From: Squalus acanthias
Lineage: Eukaryota
Direction of reading: 5' to 3'
Length of the DNA: 64,000 nt
Assembly: GCA_030390025.1 (NCBI GenBank)
Contig: JASTWF010000036.1
Location: 3,412,001-3,476,000 of the forward strand
The notes beneath the pieces are model-generated. The model was not told the origin of the DNA, ran no database searches, and was given only the letters and a program-made list of their open reading frames with translations. This document shows positions 13,251-24,715 of this stretch, one piece after another. A program made the translations under genes and the position numbers. Position 1 is the stretch's first letter, and the number at the start of each line of letters is the position of its first letter.

Positions 13251-14334
13251 CTGTCTGCCATGCATTTGAAAGCTTGGTGACTTGTGTTTCTAAATTTGCA
13301 AGTTCAGATACTGTTGGTGCTTCCCTTGAGTGGCAGCCTGTTTTAAACTCTTGGGTTTTTGCTATGGGCTGGATTACTAAGGTTTGCTCATATGATCCCA
13401 AGTTGGCTTTGACCTCAATATTTGAGCAGCTCATTGGCCCCAAACCTCTATAGAACTACTTATACTTTAGTACTTGAATTACAATTGTCTGTTTATTTTC
13501 TATAAGTAGCCAAGTTGTGTCTCATCTATTTAGAATTATTTACTTGTCTGATTTTCTTCAAAGATGCTGTGCTCAAAAGGCAAATGCTTATACACAGACA
13601 TTATGTGTATATAGGCTCAAAGACACAAAATACAGGTAGTCTGAATTTTCGTGTATACAGAGCATTTTCCATAATGTTGGGGAGTCTTCATAGGAAGGTA
13701 ATCGAAAACTGAGAGGGAACAGAAGGATTTGATTGCAAGGCTGTGCGCACCTAAGGACGGGAACCGAGACCTGGGCTCAGAAATCATGGGATGCAAACAC
13801 ATTGTGTGCCTGATAATACGCAAGTGGACCTGCTTTTCACAAAAACAAGAATGGCAGTCGCGATCGAGCACCCCCAAATAAAAGAAAGCCAAAAACTGTG
13901 CGCAAGAATAGACACTTGGAGAGCAGGGAGAATTGTATAGTTTGTGTCACCTGTTTATATGGATCTTTGCTTCTTCTTTGACGGAGGCAGCATGTTTCAA
14001 TTTCTGCCTCAAAAGTGTCCAGTAGCTGAATCCCTCCGAGTGAAACAGCCGTCGTGCCAGGACTGGAACATTCCACTTGCCAACCAGTCGGAGGCGAGTT
14101 AAAATCCAGTATTGGTGAGCGGAAAAACAAAGGAACTGGCCAACATCCAATTTCCTTCAGCTATGTACTCCATCATCTCCAATCCTTATATTGTTTCATT
14201 CTGCACCTTCTTGTTGTGTTTGATCCTCTGTAACTTTTTGCAGGTCTTCACCACCCCCACTGACTGGCTTCTTCTCTATATTAAGGGTGGACTTTTATTC
14301 CTTTTTGTAGATTAATTTTCCATGGTTGAAGTTG

Positions 14335-15150
14335 ATTTTTCCACCCCCCCAATACACACAGTTTTTCACCTCTCCTAACTCATGGCACAGTTCTATAAAC
14401 AACAGGCACCCGCCGGTACTTAACTCAAATGGCTAGCCTTCATATGTTAGTCCTGACAGAGTGGGGGGAATTTTAACTTCTCCTTCCCTCCCCTGGTTTC
14501 TGCCAGGCGGGTGACAGTTGAAATGGAGCGTGGGACTCACCCACTGGCCTCCTGCCCCCCAATCTAGCCGACTGTAATTATACATTGCAGGCAGCAAGGG
14601 GACCCGTCTGGAGCCAGCGGGTTCCTTCTTTAAATGTGCAGATCAGACTCCGATGCCATCATCGAGGACCGACTGCAATGTTAACTCGAGGCCTGAGCGA
14701 GGGAGCTGTAGTGGCTTCCTCACCAGGCCAAAGCTTTCGGGAAGTTCATCCGGGGCCAGAAGAGGCTCAGAAAGCTGAGTTTATAAACTTTTTTGTGAAA
14801 AATTGTTTCCTTGTGGGGCCAGGAGCAGGATAGCTCCTCTGGCCGCCCCTCCCCCTACTGACCGCCATCCCTGTCAGACCCCCCCCCCCCCCTCCTGATC
14901 ACTTACCTTAGTGCCGGGGATGGTTCCCTCTGATCCCCGGCGGCACCCTCCCGCTTCCTGCTGACTTCCAGGCCATTTTGATCGGGAAGTCGGCCAGTGG
15001 CATGTCAATGAGGCCCGGCCGTTCAAATCATCTGGGCCTCCCCGCTGCTTCTCCAGACACTCGCTGGGCTGCGTTCCCGCCCAGTACTTAAAATTGACCT
15101 CCGTGTCTGCAGGCTGTTAAACTGTGGAGGGCATCACAACTGAGCACAAT
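14335..15150 (-). mobile_element. Ancient tRNA-type SINE (unclassified), interrupted by a MITE
   Basis: The flanks of the MITE join to match the uninterrupted copy at 51200-51590. Confidence 0.55.
14463..15102. mobile_element. GC-rich MITE with GGG-starting TIRs (PIF/Harbinger-like)
   Basis: Ends GGGGGGAATTTTAA and TTAAAATTGACCTCC. No credible coding ORF. Internal motifs are shared with 23952 and 47844. Confidence 0.65.
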
Positions 15151-15152
15151 CT

Positions 15153-15275
15153 TTGGATTGGATGTGCTGATAGGGTGAGATGAAGAGGGGTGGGAGGAGG
15201 CTCGTGTGGAGCATAAACACCGGCATAGACCAGTTAGGCCGAATGGCCTGTTTCTCTGCTGTAAATTTATGTAAT
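15153..15275 (+). mobile_element. CR1 3' tail (second subfamily)
   Basis: GGGAGGAGGCTCGTGTGGAGCATAAACACCGGC...CCGAATGGCCTGTTTC. Copies at 29810 (-) and 43336 (+). Confidence 0.75.
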
Positions 15276-15582
15276 CTCACCCAATGTCCACCCACATACA
15301 CTTCTCATTAAGGTTATTTGGCTAACCGTCAGAAGCGGGAACTCTTGATTTAATTTAGTGGGGGGAAAAAAATGAGATGCAAGAACAAAATCTATTTTCC
15401 AGCACTGGCATGTGCCACTGACTCTCTGCATGTGGGCATGCAGACTTGCTGCAAAAGGCATGGAGCAGTCTGCCCACTTCCAATTGGTTTTTAGGAGCGG
15501 TTTTAACATGGGACCCAGGAGATGAAACAGCACTTTTGAAAACTATTTTATAGCTTGCTACGCCAACCAGATTCCGCCCCGA

Positions 15583-18500
15583 ATACATAGATACATAGAT
15601 ACATAGAAGATAGGAGCAGGAGTAGGCCATCCGGCCCTTCGAGCCTGCTCCGCCATTTAATGAGATCATGGCTGATCCTTCAATTCAGTATCCCGTCCCC
15701 GCCTTCTCTCCGTAACCCTTAACCCCTTTTGCCTATAGAAATATATCTAATTCCCTCTTAAATATATTTAATGAGCTGGCGTACACTGCCCTCTGTGGCA
15801 ATGAGTTCCACAGGTTCACCACTCTCTGAGTGAAGAAATTCCCCCTCATTTCTGTCCTAAATGGTTTAGCCCTTATCCTTAAATTATGTCCTCTAGTTCT
15901 GTTCTCACCCGCCAAGGGAAACATTCCTTCTGCATCTAATCTGTCTAGACCTGTCAGAATTTTATACACTTCTATGAGGTCCCCTCTCAATCTTCTAAAC
16001 TCCAGTGTGTACATCCCTAAACTACATAGTCTCTCCTCATAGGTCAATCCCGCCATTCCTGGTATCAGCCTGGTGAATCGCCGCTGCACCCCCTCCATGG
16101 CAAGAACATCTTTCCTCAGATGAGGCGACCAAAACTGTACACAGTACTCGAGGTGTGGTCTCACCAGTGCCCTGTACAGCTGCAGCAAGGTATCCCTGTT
16201 CCTGTATTCCAACCCTCTTGCTATGAAGGCCAGCATACCGTTTGCCTTCTTGACCGCCTGTTGCACCTGCATGCTCGCCTTCAGTGACTGGTGTACAAGA
16301 ACACCCAGGTCTCTCTGTACTTCCCCCTCTCCCAATTTATTGCCATTTAAATAATAATTTGCCCTCCCGTTCCTGCACCCAAGGTGGATAACTTCGCACT
16401 TGTCCACATTATAGTGCATCTGCCATTTATCCGCCCAATCACCCAGTCTGTCCAAATCGCTCTGGAGCTTCCTGGTCTCCTCCTCTGAGCCCACCCCCCC
16501 TCCTAGTTTAGTGTCGTCTGCAAATTTGGAAATGCTGCATTCGACTCCCTGATCCAGGTCATTAATATAAATTGTGAACAGCTGGGGACCCAGGACAGAT
16601 CCCTGTGGTACCCCACTTGTTTCTGCCTGCCATTCAGAAAATGAGCCGTTTATTCCAACTCTCTGTTTTCTATCTGACAGCCAGTTCTCTATCCACGTCA
16701 ATACTTTCCCCTTTATCCCATGAGCTTCAATTTTCCATGCTAATCTTTTATGTGGGACCTTATCGAAGGCCTTTTGGAAGTCCAGGTACACCACATCTAC
16801 TGGCTCTCCCCCATCTATTTTACCAGTTACTCCCTCAAAAAATTCCAATAGATTAGTCAAGCACGATTTACCCTTTGTAAATCCATGTTGACTCTGTCCT
16901 ATCCTGTCCCCATTTGCTAAGTGCTCGGCTATTTCATCCTTAATGATGGACTCCAGCATTTTGCCCACAACTGATGTAAGGCTTACAGGTCTGTAATTAC
17001 CTGCTTTTTCCCTACCCCCCTTTTTGAATAGTGGGGTAACGTTAGCTACCCTCCAATCCATGGGCACTGTTCCCGAGTCTAATGAATTCTGAAAAATCAT
17101 GCTTAGTGCATCCGCTATCTCTAGGGCCACCTCCTTCAGTACCCTAGGATGCATGTTATCAGGCCCTGGGGATTTGTCCGCCTTCAATCCCTTTAGCTTC
17201 CTTAACACCATATCCTTAGAGATATTGATTTGCGTCAGTTCCTCCTTTGCCAATGTCCCTATTTTTCCCGATATCCCAGGGAGGTTTTTTGTGTCTTCCT
17301 TCGTAAAGACTGACCCAAAGTATGCATTTAGTTGGTCTGCCATTTCCTTATTTCCCATTATATATTCCCCCGTATCTGACTGCAATGGACCAACTTTGGT
17401 TTTCACCAGTCTTTTCCTCTTGATATACTTATAAAAGCTTTTGGAGTTAGTTTTTATATTTTCCGCCAGCTTGCTTTCGTAAGCTATTTTGCCCTTCTTG
17501 ATTAAGCCCTTTGCCCTCCTTTGCTCTATCTTAAACTGTTCCCAATCTTCCGCTCTGGCGCGTTTTTTGGCTATTTTATACGCCCTATCTTTGGATTTTA
17601 TGCTGTCTCTAATTTCCCCTGTTATCCACGGTTGAGTCACCTTTTTAGATTTCCTTTTATGCCAGATTGGTATAAACAATTTTTGCAATTTTGTCATTCT
17701 ATCTTTAAATGCTTGCCATTGTTTATCTACCTCCAGTCCTCCCAGGAACGTTGTCCAATCAGACCTACTCAGTTCCCGTCTAATGGCATCATAATTCCCC
17801 TTGTTTAAATTCAGGACCTGAGTCTCTGAGTCAATTTCTTCGCTCTCCATTTCGAGTGAGAAATCGATCATGTTATGATCGCTCTGACCCAAGGGTCCCC
17901 GTACAACAAGATTACTAATTAGTCCCTTCTCATTGCACAGTACCCAGTCCAATATAGCCTGTTCCCGAGTTGGTTCCTCGACATATTGATCCAGATAACC
18001 ATCCCTTAAACACTCAAGGAATTCCTCCTCCTCATTATTTTTACTGATTAGGCTAGTCCAATCTATATGTAAGTTAAAGTCACCTATGATGACAGCTGTG
18101 CTCTTATTGCACGCTTCTCTAATTTCCCTCGTGATGCCCTCCCCAACCTCTATTTTACTATTTGGAGGCCTATATACCACTCCTATTAATGTTTTTCGCC
18201 CCTCGCTATTTCTTAGCTCCACCCATATAGATTCTGTATTAACTGAGTTAATATCCTTCCTTTCAATTGCATTTATCCCCTCTTTTACCAGCAATGCTAC
18301 CCCTCCTCCCTTTCTTTTTTGTCGATCCTTCCTAAATACTGAATACCCCTGTATGTTAAGCTCCCAGCCCTGCTCACCCTGCAACCATGTTTCCGTAATC
18401 CCAATTAGATCATAATTATTAACCTCTATTTCCACAGCTAATTCATCTACCTTGTTCCTGATGCTTCTCGCATTAAGGTATAAAACCCTCAGGCTTTTTT

Positions 18501-18620
18501 TATGCTCACATTTTTTATGAATTAGTTTGGCCCTTTGTTTTTTGTTCCTCTCCTTTTTACCATTTATTTCTGTCTGCCTTTCACTTTCCTCTATTTCACT
18601 ACAGTGCCCCCTGCACTGGG
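15583..18620 (-). mobile_element. Young CR1 LINE, 5'-truncated near the ORF1/ORF2 junction
   Basis: Essentially complete ORF2, 3' UTR and (CTATGTAT)n tail at 15583-15606. Confidence 0.96.
15733..18435 (-). CDS. CR1 ORF2 polyprotein (APE endonuclease plus reverse transcriptase); transposon ORF
   Basis: 900 aa: IGITETW, GVVYRPP, IGDFN, SDH (APE); QHGF, YLDFQKAFDKV, GVPQGSVLGP, KFADDTKL (RT). The frame stays open upstream (LYLNARSIRNK) to about 18621. Confidence 0.93.
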   Translation of the reverse strand: MEIEVNNYDLIGITETWLQGEQGWELNIQGYSVFRKDRQKRKGGGVALLVKEGINAIERKDINSVNTESIWVELRNSEGRKTLIGVVYRPPNSKIEVGEGITREIREACNKSTAVIIGDFNLHIDWTSLISKNNEEEEFLECLRDGYLDQYVEEPTREQAILDWVLCNEKGLISNLVVRGPLGQSDHNMIDFSLEMESEEIDSETQVLNLNKGNYDAIRRELSRSDWTTFLGGLEVDKQWQAFKDRMTKLQKLFIPIWHKRKSKKVTQPWITGEIRDSIKSKDRAYKIAKKRARAEDWEQFKIEQRRAKGLIKKGKIAYESKLAENIKTNSKSFYKYIKRKRLVKTKVGPLQSDTGEYIMGNKEMADQLNAYFGSVFTKEDTKNLPGISGKIGTLAKEELTQINISKDMVLRKLKGLKADKSPGPDNMHPRVLKEVALEIADALSMIFQNSLDSGTVPMDWRVANVTPLFKKGGREKAGNYRPVSLTSVVGKMLESIIKDEIAEHLANGDRIGQSQHGFTKGKSCLTNLLEFFEGVTGKIDGGEPVDVVYLDFQKAFDKVPHKRLAWKIEAHGIKGKVLTWIENWLSDRKQRVGINGSFSEWQAETSGVPQGSVLGPQLFTIYINDLDQGVECSISKFADDTKLGGGVGSEEETRKLQSDLDRLGDWADKWQMHYNVDKCEVIHLGCRNGRANYYLNGNKLGEGEVQRDLGVLVHQSLKASMQVQQAVKKANGMLAFIARGLEYRNRDTLLQLYRALVRPHLEYCVQFWSPHLRKDVLAMEGVQRRFTRLIPGMAGLTYEERLCSLGMYTLEFRRLRGDLIEVYKILTGLDRLDAEGMFPLAGENRTRGHNLRIRAKPFRTEMRGNFFTQRVVNLWNSLPQRAVYASSLNIFKRELDIFL

Positions 18621-20567
18621 ATCATGAAGTAGGTACTGCCAGTTCTCAAAATCCTGATGTAGGTGGGCAAGAAAAAGCTGGTCTTGACAGTGTTGTTTTG
18701 CAGAATACAAAAGGGAGCTTGTTTGAATTTAAATTGCATAATTAAGGTCAAAATCGAAGTTATATGATATTTAGAACAAGCCACACTTTTAGTTTTTAAA
18801 ATAGACTAAACAAAAGCCCCTTTTAATAACCGAGCTGTTGGAGAGTAAAGCACGCACTGTGATACTGCATAAACTGTTGTAATATAGTTGAATCCAAATA
18901 AATGCACAAATGGTTTGCCAAGAAATTTAAATGTTTGGATCAAGCTTTTATGGGATGCATATGAAAAAAATTACCATTTTATAATATGCTGTACCCCTGC
19001 CCTGTCGTCTCATTATAAGTTTGAAAAAGTGAAAACCAAGGGCTCAAGTCACTATTAAATATCACATACTTCGCCTTAAAAGTAACGCGACTTATTGTAG
19101 ATAAGTGCACAGGAGCTATTGTGGTGGTGGGGATATTCAGTTCGTTATACGCATTCAGTCTGCTGTCTAGCTCGGTAAGTGATTGAATACTGGCTGCTCA
19201 CTTGTACAGTCTTGGCTAGAAATCCCTCCATGCATTTCATTTATCTCGTGGCCAAAGTCTCGTACCCATTATGATTTTCCCCACGGGAGAAATGCGACAT
19301 GTGGAGGAATTTGTCGCCACCTCAGTTTAAGTAGTGAGTGACTCTAACCAGAAAAATATTATTTCCAGCAGTAGACTGCCACTGGCTCTCGACAGCAGCT
19401 GTTAGAAGAAACGTCTGCATTAGTGCTGATCAAAAAATGAGCCATCTGCAGCTGCTCCCAGTTGTTTTAGAACATGGGGGCCCAGGAGATGAAACTGTGC
19501 TTTTTAGAACTATTGTGCCAACTAGATTCCACCCTTAATTGCACCCTTGATTGACTCACCAATTCAGCCGCTCTCCACGGTGAGGTTTTGCAATTCTTTG
19601 CTGGGCTGTGAGCTAAAGAATGCTCAATCGGCAGGAGGCAGGGGGTGGGTCAGGGGGATTAAGAAGAATTTGGTCTGGAGCCTCGGCCTACCACACAAGC
19701 TGTCTCCTGTCAATTGGCGCTGAGCAACATCGATGTCCGCTGTCTGCCTCGTCCATCTCGCGTGAAAGTGGAGCAATCATGAAGTGGGGGAGGAAGTAAA
19801 GGTTTCAAAATCTGTTGCGACCTCAAATTTTAATTAAATGTTTAGTACGATGTTACTTTTTGCAGGTTGTGGGGGGGGGGTGCGGAGAGGTGGGAGTGAA
19901 TTCAGCCATATTGTCCAAATGTCCTTTTTTAAATACCTATATCCAGAAAGTGTAGAGTTATCGGGTTAATTAAAGCTTTTTTTCAAGGGGACTAAGAATT
20001 TCCCTTTCATCTTTCATTTGAGATGTCACTTGCATTTGTTCCTTTACTTCCCAATAGTTCTTCAATGCCTATGGCATAGACGGTCTTTTCAACTGCTTCA
20101 GTTCCACATATAGCCTTACATTGACTATGAAAGGTTGATCATAAGCTAGGTTTCTCTGCGTATTATAAATAGCCACTTATAGTTTGATAGGGAATAGACA
20201 TCCATTTGTTGGCTGGGTACTGTTGTGGATAAGCTGCTCGCTTCATAATTTTTAAATTCTGGGTTTAAGCCGATGGGAGGATAACCTCCTGGGGAAGCTG
20301 TCACAAGCCACTTTATTCAGCAGCAAGTATGTCTGCTAAATGCTGCGGAACAACGGCATTACAGCTGCACCAAGACTGGAGATGCCCACAGACTGCTCAC
20401 CCAATCTGCCAACCAAAGAAAATTCTGTAGAGACAAAAGCCCTTGATGTGTAAAAAGGGAAACGATTGAAGCAAAACTATAAAAGTACTGTTTTATCCTT
20501 GTAAAATGTTGGACGCTTTGTATCCTTTTTGAAGAGTTGGCACAAAGAGCCCCTATAAGTACATCAA

Positions 20568-20958
20568 CAGAAGAACATAAGAAATAGGAGCAGGAGTAGG
20601 CCTCAACTCCACTTTCCCGCCATATCCCTTGATTCCCCTAGAGTCCAAAAATCTATTGCTCTCTGCCTTGAAAACACTCAACGACTGAGCATCCACAGCC
20701 CTCTGGGGCAGAGAATGCCAAAGATTCACAGCCCTCTGAGTGAAGAAATTCCTCCTCGTCTCAGTCTTAAATGGCCGACCCCTTATCCTGAGACTATGCC
20801 CCCTAATTCGAAACTCTCCAGCCAGGGGAAACAACCTCTCGGCATCTACCCTGTCAATCCCCCTCAGCATCTTTATATGTTTCAATGAGATCACCTCTCA
20901 TTCTAATAAACTCCAGTGAGTAGAGGCCCAATCTACTCCATCTCTCATCATAGGACTA
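20568..20958 (-). mobile_element. CR1 3' fragment
   Basis: RGHSLRIRG...RNFFTQRAVNLW, with the CR1 tail. Confidence 0.88.
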
Positions 20959-21221
20959 AGAAGCTGCAGGATAGTCCAAAAGAAAAGGCTTTATGTTTGG
21001 ACACTATTTATTAGAAAATTCTGTCCATTATAAATACTGGTTGCGCATGCAGAGGAAAACCTTTGCTGGTGCCTGGGTCTTATCTGGTACAATGTATGTA
21101 AGGGTTTACCCAGCTCCCTTTTTATAACTGTAAAAATAGAAGTTTAACATAGATAAATGTTGCCAGTATCCTTGCTCAATACGTGAACTTTGAATTTTTA
21201 GTGTTAAATTCTGTAAAGCTT

Positions 21222-21805
21222 AATCATAGAATGGTTACAGCACGGAAGAAGGCCATTCGGCCCGTCGAGCCCGTGCCGACTCTCAGCTAGTCCCACTCCC
21301 CCGCCCTTTCCCCGTAGCCCTGCAAATTTCTTTCCTTCAGATACTTATCCAACTCCCTTTTGAAAGATAAGATTGAATCTGCCTTCACCACCCTTCCAGG
21401 CAGTGCATTCCAGATCCTAACCACTCGCTGTGTAAAAAAGTTTTTTCTCATGTCGCCTTTGGTTCTTCTGCCAATCACCTTAAATCTGTGTCCTCTGGTT
21501 CTCGACCCTTCCGCCAATGGGAACAGTTTCTCTCTCTCTACTCTGTCCAGACCCCTCATGATTTTGAACATCTCTATCAAATCGCCTCTCAATCTTCTCT
21601 GCTCCAAGGAGAACAACCCCAGCTTCTCCAGTCTATCCACGTAACTGAAGTCCCTCATTCCTGGAACCATTCTTGTCAATCTTTTCTGCACCCTCTCTAA
21701 GGCCTTCACATCCTTCCTAAAGTGCGGTGCCCAGAATTGGACACAAGCACTCCAGTTGGGGCTGAACCAGTGTTTTATACAGGTTCATCATAATTTCCAC
21801 ACTTT
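21222..21805 (-). mobile_element. CR1 3' fragment
   Basis: LERVQKRLTRMVPG...LFSLEQRRLRGDL...KNFFTQRVVRIWN. Confidence 0.9.
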
Positions 21806-22494
21806 TCTCTTGTTATAACTGAAAAATGATAAAATTGAGTGTTTTGTGGTCGAAGCAGACTATGTAGCTCAAGCTAGTTATACAGATCTCTCTCACTGTG
21901 GAATAAGTAACTACAGGAGAAAAGGCTTGAAATGCACATTTACATCTGAAAAGATAAAACGGGTTAGCATTTCAAGTAGCGGTCCTTCATCAGAATTTCA
22001 TATGCAGCATTCTGTTTGTGATTTGTTTTTACCTTTTTATGTACCTTTTTTGAGGTACTTTTGTTTTTAAGCTAAAAATTGAATTTTGCTACATTGATCT
22101 TTTTTGAGGGTGATGTGGAGTCAGTTCAGTCTTTGGGTGAGAGCTTCCTTACGGACTTGTTTTATTTCGAAGCATCAGCGAACTTCCTGGTCTTGCATAG
22201 CTGAGATGTGAAAATCTGTAGAACCCTTTTGTACTTCCTTGATGGGTCCGCACAGTACTGGGTTCCACACATTTTCTTTTCATATCTTAGCTGTGTCGTA
22301 CCAGAGAGGTAGCTGATGCTTCTGAATGCTGTGTGGCAGTCAAGGCGAGGAAGTTGCTGTGTTTGCAGCTAATGCTGCATGAAAATTGACAGTTTTTCGT
22401 GTATTTTTTAAACTACCAGTGAGTCACAGGAAAGTGGTTTTAATCAGATTGTTATCTTGCATAAGTTGAGTAAATTCTGTACGTATCGGAGATA

Positions 22495-22712
22495 AACAAC
22501 TTGTATTTATATAGCACCTTTTAACGTAGTAAAATGTCTGAAGGTGCTTCACAGGAGCGTTATCCGACAAAATTTGACACCGAGCCACAGAAGGAGATAT
22601 TGGAAAAGGTGACCAAAGGTTTGGTCAGAGGTAGGTTTTAAGGAGCGTCTGTAAGGAGAAGAGAGAGGTAGAGAGGCGGAGAGGTTTAGGGAGGGAATTC
22701 CAGAGCTTCGGG
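22495..22712 (-). mobile_element. L2 3' tail
   Basis: Reverse complement of the L2 3' UTR (ACAACTTGTATTTATATAGCACC). Confidence 0.85.
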
Positions 22713-23704
22713 CTAAATGTGCTATTGTGAGCCACCCATGTAACATGTAAAACAGGCCTGCCCATCACACACTCTTGTATGGTTCGTAAGAATCTGGGGA
22801 GGGTTTGCTTTGACTAACATCTAATTAGATTTATCTTTTTATGGATCCTTGATGGGTAAATGCCCTTGCCCACATAGAACTGGGCCATATGAACCAGGAA
22901 TATCCTAGCTGATATTTGATTTGTGCTGCCATGAGAGATGCTACTCTTACCCTCAGTGCCCCTTTGCTAGCAAGGGGGAAATCAGCCAGGTTTCCTCTCC
23001 CACATTTCAGTTCAGTGTCTCCTGCTGCAAAGTGCATGTTCATCAATGTTGGGTGATGATGGAATTGAGCTTGGCTTTGCTTTCTCTCTCCTCTTCTCTA
23101 CCCCCACCCCTTCCCATGGTCAAACAACCTGCCGCCTCACGAACAGCCACTCGGGCAGTGTACCAGATGCCTTCTGCTGCCTGTGGAATCGTAAACCAGC
23201 ATGAGTATGCTCTTTCAGCAGAGGAGGGCAGGCAAAAATAATTCCTCTTCGGAATGTCGTGAACTCCTTTTTCTCTTTGTAGAAGCTCATTGACTTGCTG
23301 TGTGTTTCCAGCTCTTCTCCCACAATCTCTTCTGTCCCTGGAGAACAGCAGCAGCATTTAAGTTTTAAAATGGAATGAGATTGAGATATAAAAACTGACT
23401 GTCACCATGAGAACCTCTTCTTTTGTATTTTTTTTAAATTTCCAAGCTATTAAAAGAAAAGCGATATTTTTATCTTTCAGTATTTTTGCCAAGTATTTTT
23501 TAAAAGTAGTATTTTTGAACAGTAAATACTGACAATCTTCCCAAGAGCATGTAGGAGCTGAATTATCACCGTGTGTGGCCAGTATTCCCTCCAAAACATT
23601 TCCACCCAAGAGTTTGTCACCACTCTTTTTGAATAAGAATATTTTGAGCGGTCTTGGTGCCTCAGTTGAAAAGTGCTGTAACTGAAACACAAGCCTCAGA
23701 TTGT

Positions 23705-23951
23705 GTTGATTGAGGGATAAATATTGGCCAGGACACTGGGGAGAACTCCCCTGCTCTTCTTCGAAATAGTGGCCATGGGATCTTTTTATGCCCACCTGAG
23801 AGAGCAGACGGGGCCTCGGTTTAACGTCTCATCCAAAAGACGGTACCTCCGACAGTGCAGCACTCCCTCAGCACTGCACTGGGAGTGTCAGCCTAGCTTT
23901 TTGTGCTCAAGTCTCTGGAGTGGAACTTGAACCCACGACCTTCTGACTCGG
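23705..23951 (-). mobile_element. DeuSINE fragment
   Basis: Reverse complement of the Deu core (AAAGATCCCATGGC...GAAGAAGAGCAGGGG...GTCCTGGCCAA). Confidence 0.85.
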
Positions 23952-24173
23952 ATGACTTAATTCAGACCCAGGTGACGTTTTCGCAGTGGGCAGCTGCGTA
24001 TGATGCCCGATGCCAGCTTCACCAGGAGCACTGGGCGTGAAGGAGCAGCTGACCCAGAAGAGGGTAGAAAAGGTCATTTGATTTGATTTTTTCAACATTT
24101 CCTGGTGGGCCCCACAAGGAAACCTAGGCCCCCGGACTTGCCACCCTAGGCGAGTGCCTCTCCTCCTCCTCCC

Positions 24174-24214
<41 letters not shown>

Positions 24215-24446
24215 ACCCCACTCTCACCACTTACGTGACTGCCGGGCACCGTTCCCGCACGTACGTAGCCACATCCTCTTGCCGCGCTCACCCAACCCCT
24301 GCCTTGTGGCCTGATGTCATTGATGCCGGGTTCAGGTGGGAGTCGGGCTTAGTGTATTTAAATGAGGCCTGAGGCCCGTGAGCCGGGGCGAGCTTAACAC
24401 CGCCCCACCGTCTATGTGCTCGCCCCCCCCCCCAGTTAAAATTAGG
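23952..24446. mobile_element. Partial GC-rich MITE related to 14463-15102; contains a poly(C) tract at 24175-24214
   Basis: Shares the GTGGG(G)CC, poly-C-CACTTAC, AATGAGGCC and TTAAAATT motifs in the same order. Confidence 0.5.
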
Positions 24447-24459
24447 AACGTCCCACATA

Positions 24460-24715
24460 CAACAACTGAGCTGAGTTAGGTGATCTCAACCAGGGCAGGA
24501 GCAGGGGTGCTGCAATTGGCTTCAGTGACCCTTGTTGGAAAGCTTGCATGTGTGTGGATGTCAGGAGAGGACAGGATTGGGCTCACTGGCGACGACTCAC
24601 GCGGTTGAATAGCCCGCTTGCACTAGCTGTCAGGTCTCGCACATGAAGAATGACCATTTAGGTGAAGTACCTGAAGGACCCCACTAGAAATCAGTACCTT
24701 CACCAGAGGTTGTCA
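24460..24715 (+). mobile_element. Ancient tRNA-type SINE fragment
   Basis: GCTGAGTTAGGTGATCTC...GGAAAGCTTGCATGTGTGTGG...AGGACAGGATTGGGCTC matches the other copies. Confidence 0.55.

Noticed and set aside
23025..23058. AATGTTGG|GT as a candidate end of the upstream BLOC1S1 exon
   Set aside because: The preceding codons read AKCMFI rather than EALVDHL, and the site lies in an old SINE.
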